Shown here piece after piece: positions 52,236-62,685 of a stretch of 64,000 bases of DNA. The stretch comes from an uncultured Nitrososphaerales archaeon (GTDB taxonomy: Archaea; Thermoproteota; Nitrososphaeria; Nitrososphaerales; Nitrososphaeraceae). The notes beneath the pieces were generated by a model. It saw nothing but the letters and a program-made list of their open reading frames with translations. It made no database searches and was not told where the DNA came from. The position numbers and the translations under genes were made by a program. Positions within the stretch are counted from its first letter, which is position 1. Every line of letters starts with the position of its first letter. The stretch lies in assembly GCA_963695855.1 (NCBI GenBank), contig CAVOHZ010000010.1:1472001-1536000 (forward strand). The letters are read 5' to 3'.

Positions 52236-53357
52236 ATGATGTTGTCGTCTAGTCAACAGGAACGGCAGAAACAAGAAGAAGAAGAGATACAGGCAGGCCT
52301 GGACTTCTTACTTTCCCACTTTTCCAGTCCACTGTTCCCCAGAACAATATCAACACAGAAAACCGAAGATAGCCAGATACCTGTAAACAGTATGGAAGAG
52401 GCATTAACTTATTACAGAAAATCAGAATTCAAAGATTGCAAGATTAATGCCTTTTACTATTCGAAATTGGAAGACACAACAATAGGAGGTTTATTCTGGC
52501 ATCCAGATTTAATATTCATTGATTTAGATTTACAGGATTTTAAGAGTGAAAAGGCTTTAAAGTTTGCACTTGCCAAGACTTTGAACAATATTGCCGATGA
52601 ATTGGGCAGTAATTCCGCAGTTCCTACAGTACTTCACAGCGGGGGAGGATACCACGTCATACAACCGGTAGACTGTCCGGTACCGTTAGAGAGTATCCAG
52701 AATGTAAAAGAGTTCATGGAGATACCGAACCCTTCAGAAATATTTTTGAGGTTTGCCAAAGACTTTCTATCGAATGGAAAGGCAGACAAGAAGAATAATC
52801 CTTCCTTCAAATCCTGCATGTTAAGGATTCCAGGTTCCATTAATTCCAGACGTAATGGCAAGAACGTTAGAATTATTCAACGTTGGAACCGATACAGGCC
52901 ACGAATAACGAAAGAGTTGATAATAGAGTTCCAGGGCTGGTTGATACAGAAGAAGATACACAAAAGGATAGAACAGGAAAAAATAGATAGGGAGAGACAA
53001 GCAAGAAGGAAGCAATTACCTGCAGGTTACAATATCAATTATTACGAGTGGATAGAAAAATTATTAGATACAGGAATAGAAGACTGCAGGAAAACATGTG
53101 TAGGTTTGATTCTAGCACCCTATCTTATTCATGTGAAGGGATTATCGTATGAGACTTCCAGACAAATAATCAAAAACTGGTTACAGAAATGTGACTCCCT
53201 TAGGAAGTTAGATAGAGGTTTTGATTCCAGAATAAGAGACGCTTTAAGAAGTTCACAAAGGAAACAGATTCCCCCAATGTCCAGACAGAAAATTAAATTG
53301 GATAATGCTTATGAAACACTTCATAATATATTATCTAATAAGGGAATTAACGGTTAG
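52236..53357 (+). CDS. AEP primase with PriX-like C-terminal domain
   Basis: FIDLD, HSGGGYH, LRIPGSIN, WIEKLL. Confidence 0.85.
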   Translation: MMLSSSQQERQKQEEEEIQAGLDFLLSHFSSPLFPRTISTQKTEDSQIPVNSMEEALTYYRKSEFKDCKINAFYYSKLEDTTIGGLFWHPDLIFIDLDLQDFKSEKALKFALAKTLNNIADELGSNSAVPTVLHSGGGYHVIQPVDCPVPLESIQNVKEFMEIPNPSEIFLRFAKDFLSNGKADKKNNPSFKSCMLRIPGSINSRRNGKNVRIIQRWNRYRPRITKELIIEFQGWLIQKKIHKRIEQEKIDRERQARRKQLPAGYNINYYEWIEKLLDTGIEDCRKTCVGLILAPYLIHVKGLSYETSRQIIKNWLQKCDSLRKLDRGFDSRIRDALRSSQRKQIPPMSRQKIKLDNAYETLHNILSNKGING

Positions 53358-53416
53358 ATTAGGTTATGATGATGGTACTAGTTAATTTGTATAGATATGA
53401 GGTGTCATTAAAGTAA

Positions 53417-53872
53417 TTGGGTGGAAGTTTCAAAAATAGAGAGAGTCAGATTTTAATGCCTTTGGTCGCAGACTGTGTTAACTATGGCCTTTCAGAACCG
53501 GAAGCATTAGCGTATATCAAAACAAGGTTAGGAAGGACAATATCTCCAGGAACTTACTATAATCGCAAAAAAAAGGTAGATAGTGGAGAGTACGCCAATC
53601 AATGGATGTCCTACTACACCAGAGTAGGTTTTTTGGTTACCCACAAAAAGATTATTGATGTAATTGAAACCATTCAAAAGGACACATTAAGAGATTACCT
53701 TATCGAAAACAGTAAACCACACGAACAGAAAAATATGGATTTAATCCAGAAGTTAAGATATGAGATTAGAGAGAATTCAAAGTTAATTCAAGATTTAAGT
53801 CTAGGAAGTCCAATCATTGCACAGATTAAAGCGAAGATAGAACATGCTGAAAGTATTTCAACAGGCAAGTAA
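53417..53872 (+). CDS. Small-terminase candidate (HTH-like N-terminus plus helical region)
   Basis: Overlaps the terL start; size and position fit TerS. The function is inferred. Confidence 0.6.
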   Translation: MGGSFKNRESQILMPLVADCVNYGLSEPEALAYIKTRLGRTISPGTYYNRKKKVDSGEYANQWMSYYTRVGFLVTHKKIIDVIETIQKDTLRDYLIENSKPHEQKNMDLIQKLRYEIRENSKLIQDLSLGSPIIAQIKAKIEHAESISTGK

Positions 53873-55283
53873 CGTTCTATCCCTGGACCCTTCTGAAATC
53901 TCAAATTCTAAATTTGAGATATTCAAGGATAAACCCTTTTGGATATGGGACGTAACAGAGCATCACGACGAACAATTGGCAACTATGGGTAATTGCTGCT
54001 TTAATCACGTGTTGGGCCTACCTAAAAAGGATGGAATTAGTAAAGAACTATTTGATTATGAGAAAGTAGTTCTCGACCTGTTACAGTATGATAAATGTCT
54101 GTGGATTCTCAAGAGTACGGGTTTAGGAATTACCGAACTATTCCTAAGATATATGGCCTGGTTATGTCTACGTAATAATGATTATCAAGGTTCTCAATTC
54201 GTAATAGTTACAGGACCTAATTGGCACTTGTCCAAGAAGTTAATAACAAGAATGAAAAAGTTGTTTGAACCACTTGGAATTTACTTTGATAGTAAGGAGA
54301 CGTTACTGAATCTTAATAACGTGGCTATCGAATCATTTCCAAGTCATCACGTAGACTCTTTTAGATCATTGGACAATCCCAAGTTTATTCTGTTGGATGA
54401 ATGTGACTTCTTTTCTAAAGGTCAGCAGGAAGATGTAAGGGCCGTAGCAGAGAGGTACATAGCCAAATCAAACCCCTACATAGTTTTGGTTAGTACGCCT
54501 AATCAACCTGGGGGTCTAATGGAATCAATAGAGAGGGAAGAGGAAGATGGTACTTGCCTTTATAAGAGAATTAAACTAGATTACAGATATGGACTTGCTA
54601 AAATATATTCAACGGAAGATATTGAGAAGGCCAAGCAGTCCCCGTCATTTGATAGAGAATACGACCTAAAGTATCTGGGTAAGATTGGGAACGTGTTTTC
54701 ACTAACGGATATTGATAAAGCCGTCGAGTTGGGAATCAAGTATCAAGACTTACCTATCAATCATGGCTGTCTTCACCCCGTAGGCATTGATCCAGGCTTT
54801 AGTTCGTCGGTTACAGCCATAACCGTTTGTGAGATAGATTTAGAGAACCAGGTAGTAAGGGTCATACTATCGGAAGAACATGATAAGGCAAGTCCTTCAG
54901 TCGTGGCGGACAGAATATTTCAAATACATACACAGATACCCAACTGCCTGTTTTTCGTAGATTCTGCCAATAGAGGTTTCACCAACGAATTAAAATCCAG
55001 GTTCGGGGAATCTTTAACATGGGAAAGATCCGAAGACGTATCAATTTATGATAATTATATTATTCCTATTTCCTTTCAAAAAAATCACAAATCAATGTTA
55101 GAATGGACATATAATCTTCTATCAAAGAAGAAGATTGCAATAGATCCCAAGTACCAGAAACTGATACTATCCTTAAAATCTGCGTACGGTACCGAGTTCG
55201 ATCTTGACAAGAATATCACCATATACTCAGATTTTTTAGACTCCTTACGTTTATCTTTAAGAGGTGTGATACTGAGGGAGTGA
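53844..55283 (+). CDS. Terminase large subunit-like protein, intact
   Basis: LKSTGLGIT, LLDECD, VSTP, FDREY, GIDPG. Confidence 0.9.
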   Translation: MLKVFQQASNVLSLDPSEISNSKFEIFKDKPFWIWDVTEHHDEQLATMGNCCFNHVLGLPKKDGISKELFDYEKVVLDLLQYDKCLWILKSTGLGITELFLRYMAWLCLRNNDYQGSQFVIVTGPNWHLSKKLITRMKKLFEPLGIYFDSKETLLNLNNVAIESFPSHHVDSFRSLDNPKFILLDECDFFSKGQQEDVRAVAERYIAKSNPYIVLVSTPNQPGGLMESIEREEEDGTCLYKRIKLDYRYGLAKIYSTEDIEKAKQSPSFDREYDLKYLGKIGNVFSLTDIDKAVELGIKYQDLPINHGCLHPVGIDPGFSSSVTAITVCEIDLENQVVRVILSEEHDKASPSVVADRIFQIHTQIPNCLFFVDSANRGFTNELKSRFGESLTWERSEDVSIYDNYIIPISFQKNHKSMLEWTYNLLSKKKIAIDPKYQKLILSLKSAYGTEFDLDKNITIYSDFLDSLRLSLRGVILRE

Positions 55284-55302
55284 TAAAGAGGTGGATAGAT
55301 AA

Positions 55303-55536
55303 ATGCCAGGAAATTGTAAGGAAAGTGAAACAAGTTGGTGTCCTCGTTGTCTAGAAGCAGGAATTCATGTTCAATTAATTCCCCGTCTATACAGAAAAGA
55401 GGAATTAATTAATGGCGAATTACCACAGGACTCTTATGACTGGTTACAGTGTTGGGATTGCGGCCATATCATGCATGATTGGAGAACAATAGAAGATATA
55501 TGCCTGGAATTAAAAAGAGAAGAGATTATTTTGTAA
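55303..55536 (+). CDS. Small zinc-ribbon protein
   Basis: One residue different from 23251..23484. Confidence 0.8.
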   Translation: MPGNCKESETSWCPRCLEAGIHVQLIPRLYRKEELINGELPQDSYDWLQCWDCGHIMHDWRTIEDICLELKREEIIL

Positions 55537-55964
55537 CTACTGCAGGAAATAATTATTATGATAATAATAATGACGACGATTACGACAAAGATACAAAAAA
55601 GTATTGTGTGACTTGTGAAGGTTATGGTTTTAGTGTCGAATTGGGTCCACGTATCTATACACCTGAAGAAAGGATAAACGGTAAGAATCCAGCGGATGCG
55701 GATAACTGGTTAATGTGTGAGAACGGTCATATAGTTGCACAGGTCCACGCTAAACAGACAACGACAATAGTAGGGATAAAGGAAGTTCATGATTCTATAT
55801 ATGACAGTAAAAAAGTGGTAGTTAAACACTTCATAAAACCACGTAGAAAGTTAAATGTAAACAGAGGTGTAATAAGAACAAACGCGGAAGATGATCCAGA
55901 TATACAAAGACATTTAGAAGGAGGAGCCCGATTAATCAGTTATGTATCTTCAGAGGACATATAA
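55479..55964 (+). CDS. Zinc-ribbon protein
   Basis: CVTC...CENGH; homologue of 22829..23308. Confidence 0.8.
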   Translation: MENNRRYMPGIKKRRDYFVTTAGNNYYDNNNDDDYDKDTKKYCVTCEGYGFSVELGPRIYTPEERINGKNPADADNWLMCENGHIVAQVHAKQTTTIVGIKEVHDSIYDSKKVVVKHFIKPRRKLNVNRGVIRTNAEDDPDIQRHLEGGARLISYVSSEDI

Positions 55965-56030
55965 TAAACAAAATAAGTTCTGGAATTTTTTTAAGAAAAT
56001 TATTTGATAATAAACTGAATACTATTATTT

Positions 56031-56297
56031 CTAATCATGTTGTTGTTTGAAATGAAGACGTTTCTTATAAAGAGCAATTTCTAATATCATATTTCTTGTG
56101 AATTGACTGTATTCTGAATTTAATCTTCTTATTATTTGTTGAACATTATTTACTGTATATTCCATATTTTTTGCTAAGAGATCACAAAAAATCTTTTCCA
56201 CTTTTTCTTCGTCTTGTGGATGAATCATATGTTTATTTCTTACTGCTTGGTCAAGATTTTTCAAAATAGTTTCATAGTCGTCTTCGGTAATACTCAT
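56031..56297 (-). CDS. Hypothetical protein, specific to element B
   Basis: 88-aa ORF downstream of the RHH gene. Confidence 0.7.
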   Translation of the reverse strand: MSITEDDYETILKNLDQAVRNKHMIHPQDEEKVEKIFCDLLAKNMEYTVNNVQQIIRRLNSEYSQFTRNMILEIALYKKRLHFKQQHD

Positions 56298-56358
56298 TTT
56301 TTAAATATATTTCGGAATCTGTAATAAATTTTTTTTGATATAATATTCTTTGAAGTTT

Positions 56359-56523
56359 TTATTGATTTCTTCTTTTCTTAAGATAATCATCCAGGGCTTC
56401 AGTAATTAGTTCAGTTAGGGTTTTTTTATCATCTATTGCTAAATGTTTCAAGTCCCTTAACATCTGATGGGGTAATCTAATCGTGGTCTTACTGATCGCC
56501 TCCTCCTCTTCTTCTTCCTTCAT
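56359..56523 (-). CDS. RHH regulator (54 aa, not in the ORF track)
   Basis: MKEEEEEEAISKTTIRLPHQMLRDLKHLAIDDKKTLTELITEALDDYL; homologue of 22263. Confidence 0.82.
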   Translation of the reverse strand: MKEEEEEEAISKTTIRLPHQMLRDLKHLAIDDKKTLTELITEALDDYLKKRRNQ

Positions 56524-56655
56524 TTAATAGTTGTTGGCTTGTTGCCATATAATTTACTATTCATTTCTATGCTTATAATGATTACCATCTTGTTGTCAAA
56601 ACAGATAATCATATATATTTAAATATGCTCATGAGTATAGCGATTTAGTATTATT

Positions 56656-57330
56656 ATGGCTAAAGGAAGAGTATCAGTAGAACAAAAACCAAAGAAGATC
56701 GCAAAGATTTTAGAGGGATATAATAACAAGACGGAGGAAAGTTACAAGAAAAATGAATTAGAAGTACCAGAACGCCTAGACTTTCAGATAAAGCATTTTT
56801 TGATGCTTGTTGATGCTGAGAAATACCCTGTTGAAAAAGAAGTTACAAGAGTTATCCGATTAAAGGCAATAGACTACAATTCAAAGAGAAGAGAAATGAA
56901 AGAGTTTCTAGTCTGGTATGAGAACTGGTTTGGTAAAGACTGGCAAGGAAGGAAAGTCCCGCCGGTTACTGATCATGTAGAAGGCAGGTACTACGAGCAG
57001 GATTTAGAACCTGTCGTTGAAAGACACCAGATAACTGGTTATGATAGAACAGGACAGCATGAAGTTCACTACGTACCTTTTAGCAAGAAAGCAGTAGACG
57101 AAATAATTGCTAAATCAACTTATGACAATAAAAGCCAAATCAAATTCGTAGTAAAAACTCCAACAATCAGAAATGATTCATTTACTTATGAACAATTTGT
57201 TAATACGCCATGGGATGAATGCATTACAATGATAATGACCAATGGAGGACCACCACGATACGAATACGATAAGAAGCAGCAAGAGCAGAAAGACGCCAAA
57301 ACACTAGAACAGAATAAGCAGTACTCTTGA
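56656..57330 (+). CDS. Conserved element protein of unknown function (224 aa)
   Basis: Homologue of 21468..22148. Confidence 0.9.
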   Translation: MAKGRVSVEQKPKKIAKILEGYNNKTEESYKKNELEVPERLDFQIKHFLMLVDAEKYPVEKEVTRVIRLKAIDYNSKRREMKEFLVWYENWFGKDWQGRKVPPVTDHVEGRYYEQDLEPVVERHQITGYDRTGQHEVHYVPFSKKAVDEIIAKSTYDNKSQIKFVVKTPTIRNDSFTYEQFVNTPWDECITMIMTNGGPPRYEYDKKQQEQKDAKTLEQNKQYS

Positions 57331-57483
57331 TTCTTATTTTTATTTATTTTTGAATGAACTAGATTTTGAAAAATAATCTAACGAGAAAATAAAAGAAGAT
57401 TAGAATAAAAGTATATTTAAAAAATTATATTGCATATAAAAAAATATTAAATAAAATATTAAATATTTAATAAAATTGAAATT

Positions 57484-58083
57484 TTATTTAAGATCTGATA
57501 GGTCATTTTTGATTTTGATCATATCAATACACTTTCTAACCACAATATCAGAGAAGTAATCTTCTTCTATCGCTTTATCATTAAAATGACCTGTTTTATC
57601 TAATTCGGCGAAAACTTCCAACAATAATTTTCTGCCTAAATCAGTATATTTATAGATCGCTTTATCATTAAAATGACCTGTTTTATCTAATTCGGCGAAA
57701 ACTTCCAACAATAATTTTCTGCCTAAATCAGTATATTTATAGATCGCTTTATCATTAAAATGACCTGTTTTATCTAATTCGGCGAAAACTTCCAACAATA
57801 ATTTTCTGCCTAAATCAGTATATTTATAGAATTTACCCCTACCTTCTTTCGCATCCTTCAGAGAAGCCGCTATACAATACCAACGACATTTTTCATCAAT
57901 GTATATTCTTCTACTACCTTCCTTACCGCCCTGTTCGAATACAAATTCTATTATCTTATTACACTTAGGGTCCAGAATTATTACCTGACCTTCTTCATCC
58001 AGAATTACCTGACCTTCTTCATACAGAATTACCTTACCTTCTTCATCGTTATTGTTATTATTGTCGTCGTCTCTAGTAGTCAT
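57484..58083 (-). CDS. Hypothetical cargo protein with a 29-aa triplication
   Basis: 3 x 87-bp perfect repeat at 57569-57829. Confidence 0.75.
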   Translation of the reverse strand: MTTRDDDNNNNNDEEGKVILYEEGQVILDEEGQVIILDPKCNKIIEFVFEQGGKEGSRRIYIDEKCRWYCIAASLKDAKEGRGKFYKYTDLGRKLLLEVFAELDKTGHFNDKAIYKYTDLGRKLLLEVFAELDKTGHFNDKAIYKYTDLGRKLLLEVFAELDKTGHFNDKAIEEDYFSDIVVRKCIDMIKIKNDLSDLK

Positions 58084-58226
58084 TTCTGTGATTTCCCCTT
58101 ACTATCATAATAATCCAGCAGTCTTCTAATAATATCGTCATAAGTTTCTGTCTTCTTTCCCTTATCGGTTAGTCTTTCGTAAGTATCATCTTTTACTTTA
58201 ATCAACTTAGTCAACTGAGTACTCAT
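58080..58226 (-). CDS. RHH regulator
   Basis: LIKVKDDTYERLTDKGKKTETYDDIIRRLL. Confidence 0.82.
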   Translation of the reverse strand: MSTQLTKLIKVKDDTYERLTDKGKKTETYDDIIRRLLDYYDSKGKSQK

Positions 58227-58319
58227 AGGTAAACTATAAGGGTAAATAAATATAAGTCTACCCATTAAACCCAATAAACCTAGTTAACTATATATTAGTA
58301 AACTGGGTTTACCACACGC

Positions 58320-58664
58320 ATGAAACAAACAGTTTCTAAAATAGTAAAACAAGAAAAGCGCAATAGGAGAGAGGGAGTAGGCCGGTGTATGGCCATATCC
58401 CAAAAAATCTACCGTCTCCAAAACAGTGAAACGTTCTACGTTGAGTCGGAGAGCAGTACTTCACGTTATTATTTCGTGAGATATAACCCCTCTGTTTTCG
58501 AGTGGTGTTCCTGCAAAGATTATGAATCGAACCGTTCAGAAAAATGTAAACATCTGTACGCGGTAGAATACGGAATAAGGTTCAATACAATACAGGAAGT
58601 AGAGCATTTCTCACAGGAAGCAAGAAAGGGCCTATCATATCAGGACGACGAATATTCTTTTTAA
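58320..58664 (+). CDS. SWIM zinc-finger protein
   Basis: CSCKD...CKH motif. Confidence 0.9.
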   Translation: MKQTVSKIVKQEKRNRREGVGRCMAISQKIYRLQNSETFYVESESSTSRYYFVRYNPSVFEWCSCKDYESNRSEKCKHLYAVEYGIRFNTIQEVEHFSQEARKGLSYQDDEYSF

Positions 58665-58688
58665 CTGGAGAGGAGATGATAAAAATGA

Positions 58689-58982
58689 GTGATAGAAGTC
58701 GGGCAATGTTTGAATTGTGGACATGAATTCCTACAGCATCCAGGCGGGCAATGCTATCTTTGCGACTGCGTAAAATGGGAATTGAAGCAACAGCAGCAGT
58801 ATAAGCAGGAAATAAAAGACATTCAGAAAATATATGAATCCCTAAATTTCTATTATATGAAACTTGTATCAAACCAATCAGAAGATTCAAAATATCAAAT
58901 GATACTCAAAGATTTAGAAGACATGAAAGACAGACTCTATGCGTTGAGACTGCATATAGAGGAATATTTCCAGAACCAATAA
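58689..58982 (+). CDS. Small Cys/His-rich plus coiled-coil protein
   Basis: CLNCGH...H...CYLCDC. Confidence 0.7.
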   Translation: MIEVGQCLNCGHEFLQHPGGQCYLCDCVKWELKQQQQYKQEIKDIQKIYESLNFYYMKLVSNQSEDSKYQMILKDLEDMKDRLYALRLHIEEYFQNQ

Positions 58983-58998
58983 AGAAAGTAATAATTAT

Positions 58999-60406
58999 TC
59001 ATTTTTTCCCTAATGTAAATTTTCTTTTCTGTCTTTCTAATATCTTTTTTTCTCGTGTTTCTCGTTTCTTATCAGAAATTGGTTCCTCTTTGTTGACGGG
59101 GGAAGTAGTGACTCCTTCGTCATGATAGAATTCCATTGCTTCTTTGGGAGGAATATACATCCCCATCTTTTCAAAATCTTTTACAAGGAACTTCTTCTGA
59201 TAGTCCATCTTCATGCCCTGGAATTTTTGCATGGATTGTATAATGTATTGAACCTGAGTCTGAAGGGTTGCAATCTGGCTATCTCTCTCGATAATTTGGT
59301 TCTGTAGTTGGTAATCCTTAACCGATACCTCTTTTTTCAGTTCGGTGTTTTCAAGTTTAACCTTGTTCTCTTCATTTATCGTTAATGGTTCTATAACCTT
59401 CACATATTCCGCCAGTAGTTTGCTATCGTCATCCTTTCCTGTCTTGAAGTAATGCCTGTCCAAACCCATGCCCGCTTTATGTCCCATAAAATATTCTTTT
59501 ATCGTCTGTTTAACATCATGCCAGATACATGCATTATCAAAAATCGTTCTAAAGACATGCGCACGGGGCCTCTGTTTCCTAACCCTTCCACTCTCGGAAT
59601 GACTCTTACTCTCTATCTTTGTCTTGGTTTCTAGGTGTGCGTCATATCTCAGACGTTCCAGCATTTTTGCAATTGTTTTAGGTGTGTAAAAACCCTTATG
59701 TTTGAATTTACGGATACTTTCTGTCTTATGTGTCATGAATGGTGAATCTGGTGTCAGTGTTTCACCGTTCTTTTCTCTATCTTCCTGATACTCCTTTATG
59801 ACTTGCGCACATTCAGGAGTACAGAACACTTCATACCTTGCGTTTATATCGTAACTGTAAGGTGTAAACTTGTAAAGTTTGTATTCTTCTATATACTTTG
59901 TATCTCCAATACGCAATTCTGCAAGTGCGGTAACCCTCATTCCTGTAGTTAGCAAGGTAAGCAATGCAACCTTTTCCGTCAAGTCGGCATGGGACAGCAT
60001 TGATTTTATCTCTTCATTTTCATAGGGTTTCTTATCAACTTGCAGTCTAGCCTTGCCTTTTATTCTTGATAATTCCTTCCAGTTTGGTATATCCCTCCGA
60101 TTCATGTCATAAAAAAATTTGATTGCTGACATTGTAAGGTTCATATAAAAATTTGATTGCTGACATTGTAAGGTTCATATCCGAATACGAGACGTTGCTG
60201 GCCTTCCTGCGATTCATATAATTGCTTATTGCATTGAACAAGTCGTCCCCTTCAAGTTCCAACAACTGTTCATATCCATCAAATTTAAGGAATTTTAGGA
60301 AGCCTTTGAGGTGATAACTGTATGTTAACCTTGTTTCATCACTCTGACATGCCTTCTCAAAGTTCTCAAAAGGCGTGTATATTGGTGTGTAAGACGCTTT
60401 TTTCAA
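58999..60406 (-). pseudogene. Tyrosine integrase frameshifted by a 34-bp tandem duplication (60113-60180)
   Basis: ORFs 60107..60406 and 58999..60144 share MNLTMSAIKF; catalytic motifs GMRV, HVFR, MGH and HYF are intact. Confidence 0.92.
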
Positions 60407-60450
60407 CCATTTTCCATGCGGATTCCTTTAATTTAAGGTACAACTTCACT

Positions 60451-60471
60451 TCATAAATTATAGATTATGAC
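60451..60471 (-). other. att core 2 partner; TCATAA-N8-TTATGA palindrome
   Basis: Recombinase-site architecture; matches 29684-29697. Confidence 0.75.
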
Positions 60472-61275
60472 GTAACCAGTATTATTCGTATTAGTTGATT
60501 TGATTCAAGGTCTGAAGTATTTTTTCGGTTAATGCATTGGATCTAATTTTTATTTCTTCTTTTATTGTAGTTGGTAAAAATTCTGCATTAAAAAGATAAT
60601 CAAAGGCTTTTCCTTGAATAATTTCAATGATTATTTGCCTTGAGACTGACTTCAACTGATACGCCGGCTTCATCTTGAACTACCAACTACACGTTATTAT
60701 GTAATCTCATGTATGTATCTAATCTCTTGTATGAATTGTTCAAAATAGACTGCTCATCCTCTGAAGTTCAGACTTCATGATGTCCTGTCCAGTATGTAAA
60801 TGGTTGATCTAGTGAATTATACCCTCTTAATTGCTCGAGTAACCAAATATTGGAGACCATTTGGTGTACGAATTCAAGATCTTTTATTACCTATAGAGCA
60901 TTGGGTCAACATGAACGTCTTTCTGGATGACCCTCGCAAGCAACAGGATTGGAAATACGTGCTAACTGTTCCTCGTAAACTTTTGTTCTACACTTTTTTC
61001 ATAGGACCATCTTACTGGTTTACATCTCTTTTGTTTGTGCTTTACTAATAATATTTTTATTATCCGTCTTGCTTGCTTGATCGTCTCACCTGCTGTTTTT
61101 ATTAACATTATCTTTGAATTATTTATTCTGTTGTACTTAGTTGCAGATACGATCTTTCAGTATTAGTAGAAAGAATATGTACAAACAGAAAGAGAGACAG
61201 TAGTATATAATTCAACAATAATCTAATTTTTTTACTATTTTATTAGAATATTTCAAATACAAGAAACTTGATTTA

Positions 61276-61623
61276 TTGGTTATTATGACTAAATTTGGTC
61301 TTTATACGGAATCACCTAAAATCCCATTTGAAACACACTTATATGGATTGGATGAACCTATTAAAAAACAATTAATTGATCTGAGAGAATTCGTAAAAGA
61401 TCTGGGGAGGAATGTTATTGAAGAAATTCGACCTCACAGAATAGTATATTCTAAGACAATAGCATTTCGTGTATTTTTAGACATAAAACCAACTAAAGAA
61501 GAATTGATAGTTTCGATAAGAATTGATAGACAAAACCCCTATACTACATATAAGGTAAACCATAGATTTGATTTGACAGATATTAAAAAAGAGATAGAAA
61601 GTGCGTATAAAAATATATCATGA
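61276..61623 (+). CDS. DUF5655-like protein
   Basis: FETHL...LREFVKDLG.NVIEE...IVYSK..F pattern. Confidence 0.65.
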   Translation: MVIMTKFGLYTESPKIPFETHLYGLDEPIKKQLIDLREFVKDLGRNVIEEIRPHRIVYSKTIAFRVFLDIKPTKEELIVSIRIDRQNPYTTYKVNHRFDLTDIKKEIESAYKNIS

Positions 61624-61645
61624 TATTTTAAAATTCAGAAATTAT

Positions 61646-61996
61646 TTAACCGTCTATCTTAAAACCTTGAAATTCACCGGTATAAGTTTCATAGTTTATA
61701 TCAATTTTATCGACTCTACTATTCCCAGGTCCCGTATGACACCATTCTATCACTTTTTCAACATTTGACGGTAATCCTTCCAAAATACATTCGACATCTC
61801 CATTTTTAAGATTTCGAACCCAACCACTAACCGCATTTTTTATAGATATTTCTTGAGTATATTTTCGAAAATAGACTCCTTGAACTTTACCAGAGATTAT
61901 TAGATGAGCTCTTATATTACTCAAATAATTATTAACCATGACATTCTCATCCTTAGGAAGCGTATCTTGTGGATTATTATTACTCAATACAATCAT
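61646..61996 (-). CDS. acyP: Acylphosphatase
   Basis: GKVQGVYFR, GWVRN, GP..SRVD. Confidence 0.95.
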   Translation of the reverse strand: MIVLSNNNPQDTLPKDENVMVNNYLSNIRAHLIISGKVQGVYFRKYTQEISIKNAVSGWVRNLKNGDVECILEGLPSNVEKVIEWCHTGPGNSRVDKIDINYETYTGEFQGFKIDG

Positions 61997-62685
61997 ACGA
62001 GAAACGAGATTATCAAATATAAATTATGAGAAAGATTATAAAAGAAATTCTTCTTCCTCGTTAAAGATCTTTAATGATGTACCATTTCCAAGTTTGAAGT
62101 TGCTTTCACTAGTTTTCGTAACTATGGGTGAAATGGTATAGAGAATACTATAGAAAACCCAACATTGTAAAAAGAGACATAATTTCCAACTTTATAATTA
62201 TTAAGATTTGAAAATCATGATTAAGGAAAAAATAATAGGTATCGCATAGCCTATCAACAAGGTGAAAATCAATTTTGATAGGAGAAACATGAAAAAAGTT
62301 AAATGGCATTGTACTGGTTTCATTAGACTCTCTTAATTTAATATAAATACACCTTCTTTCAATTTTATAATAAAATAATGCTCTATTCTACAACTCGTTT
62401 ATACAATCTTTTTTATACATCTAATTAGCAACTATGTTACAATTTTACTTCTAAACCAGTTATACAATGATACTTAGCATCATCTCTTTTACAATGTTCT
62501 CAAATATAATAGCGGAAAAATATTCTCCAAACATAATTTTAGTAAAAGTGATAAAATAATATTGTTAACCTCAATATGGATTATAGCTAAAAATAAAAAT
62601 GAGATCTTTCTTTAAGCAGAATAGGTAAGAAAATAGTTTTTATTGATTATTTCATAAAAAAATAAAATAGTTATGATTGCCTATT

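Larger units (their letters stand above)
48787..60471 (-). mobile_element. Element B: second copy of the integrative terminase-encoding element (11.7 kb), inverted relative to A
   Basis: Same gene order; subterminal motifs GAAATTTGTACCCTTA (48811) and TAAGGTACAACTTC (60434). Confidence 0.9.

Noticed and set aside
48787-60471. Complete provirus or conjugative element
   Set aside because: No capsid, portal, tail, VirB4/VirD4 or relaxase gene is recognisable between the att sites.
60491-61048. Short ORFs right of element B
   Set aside because: They look like fragments of a degraded gene with several stops; I could not assign a family.
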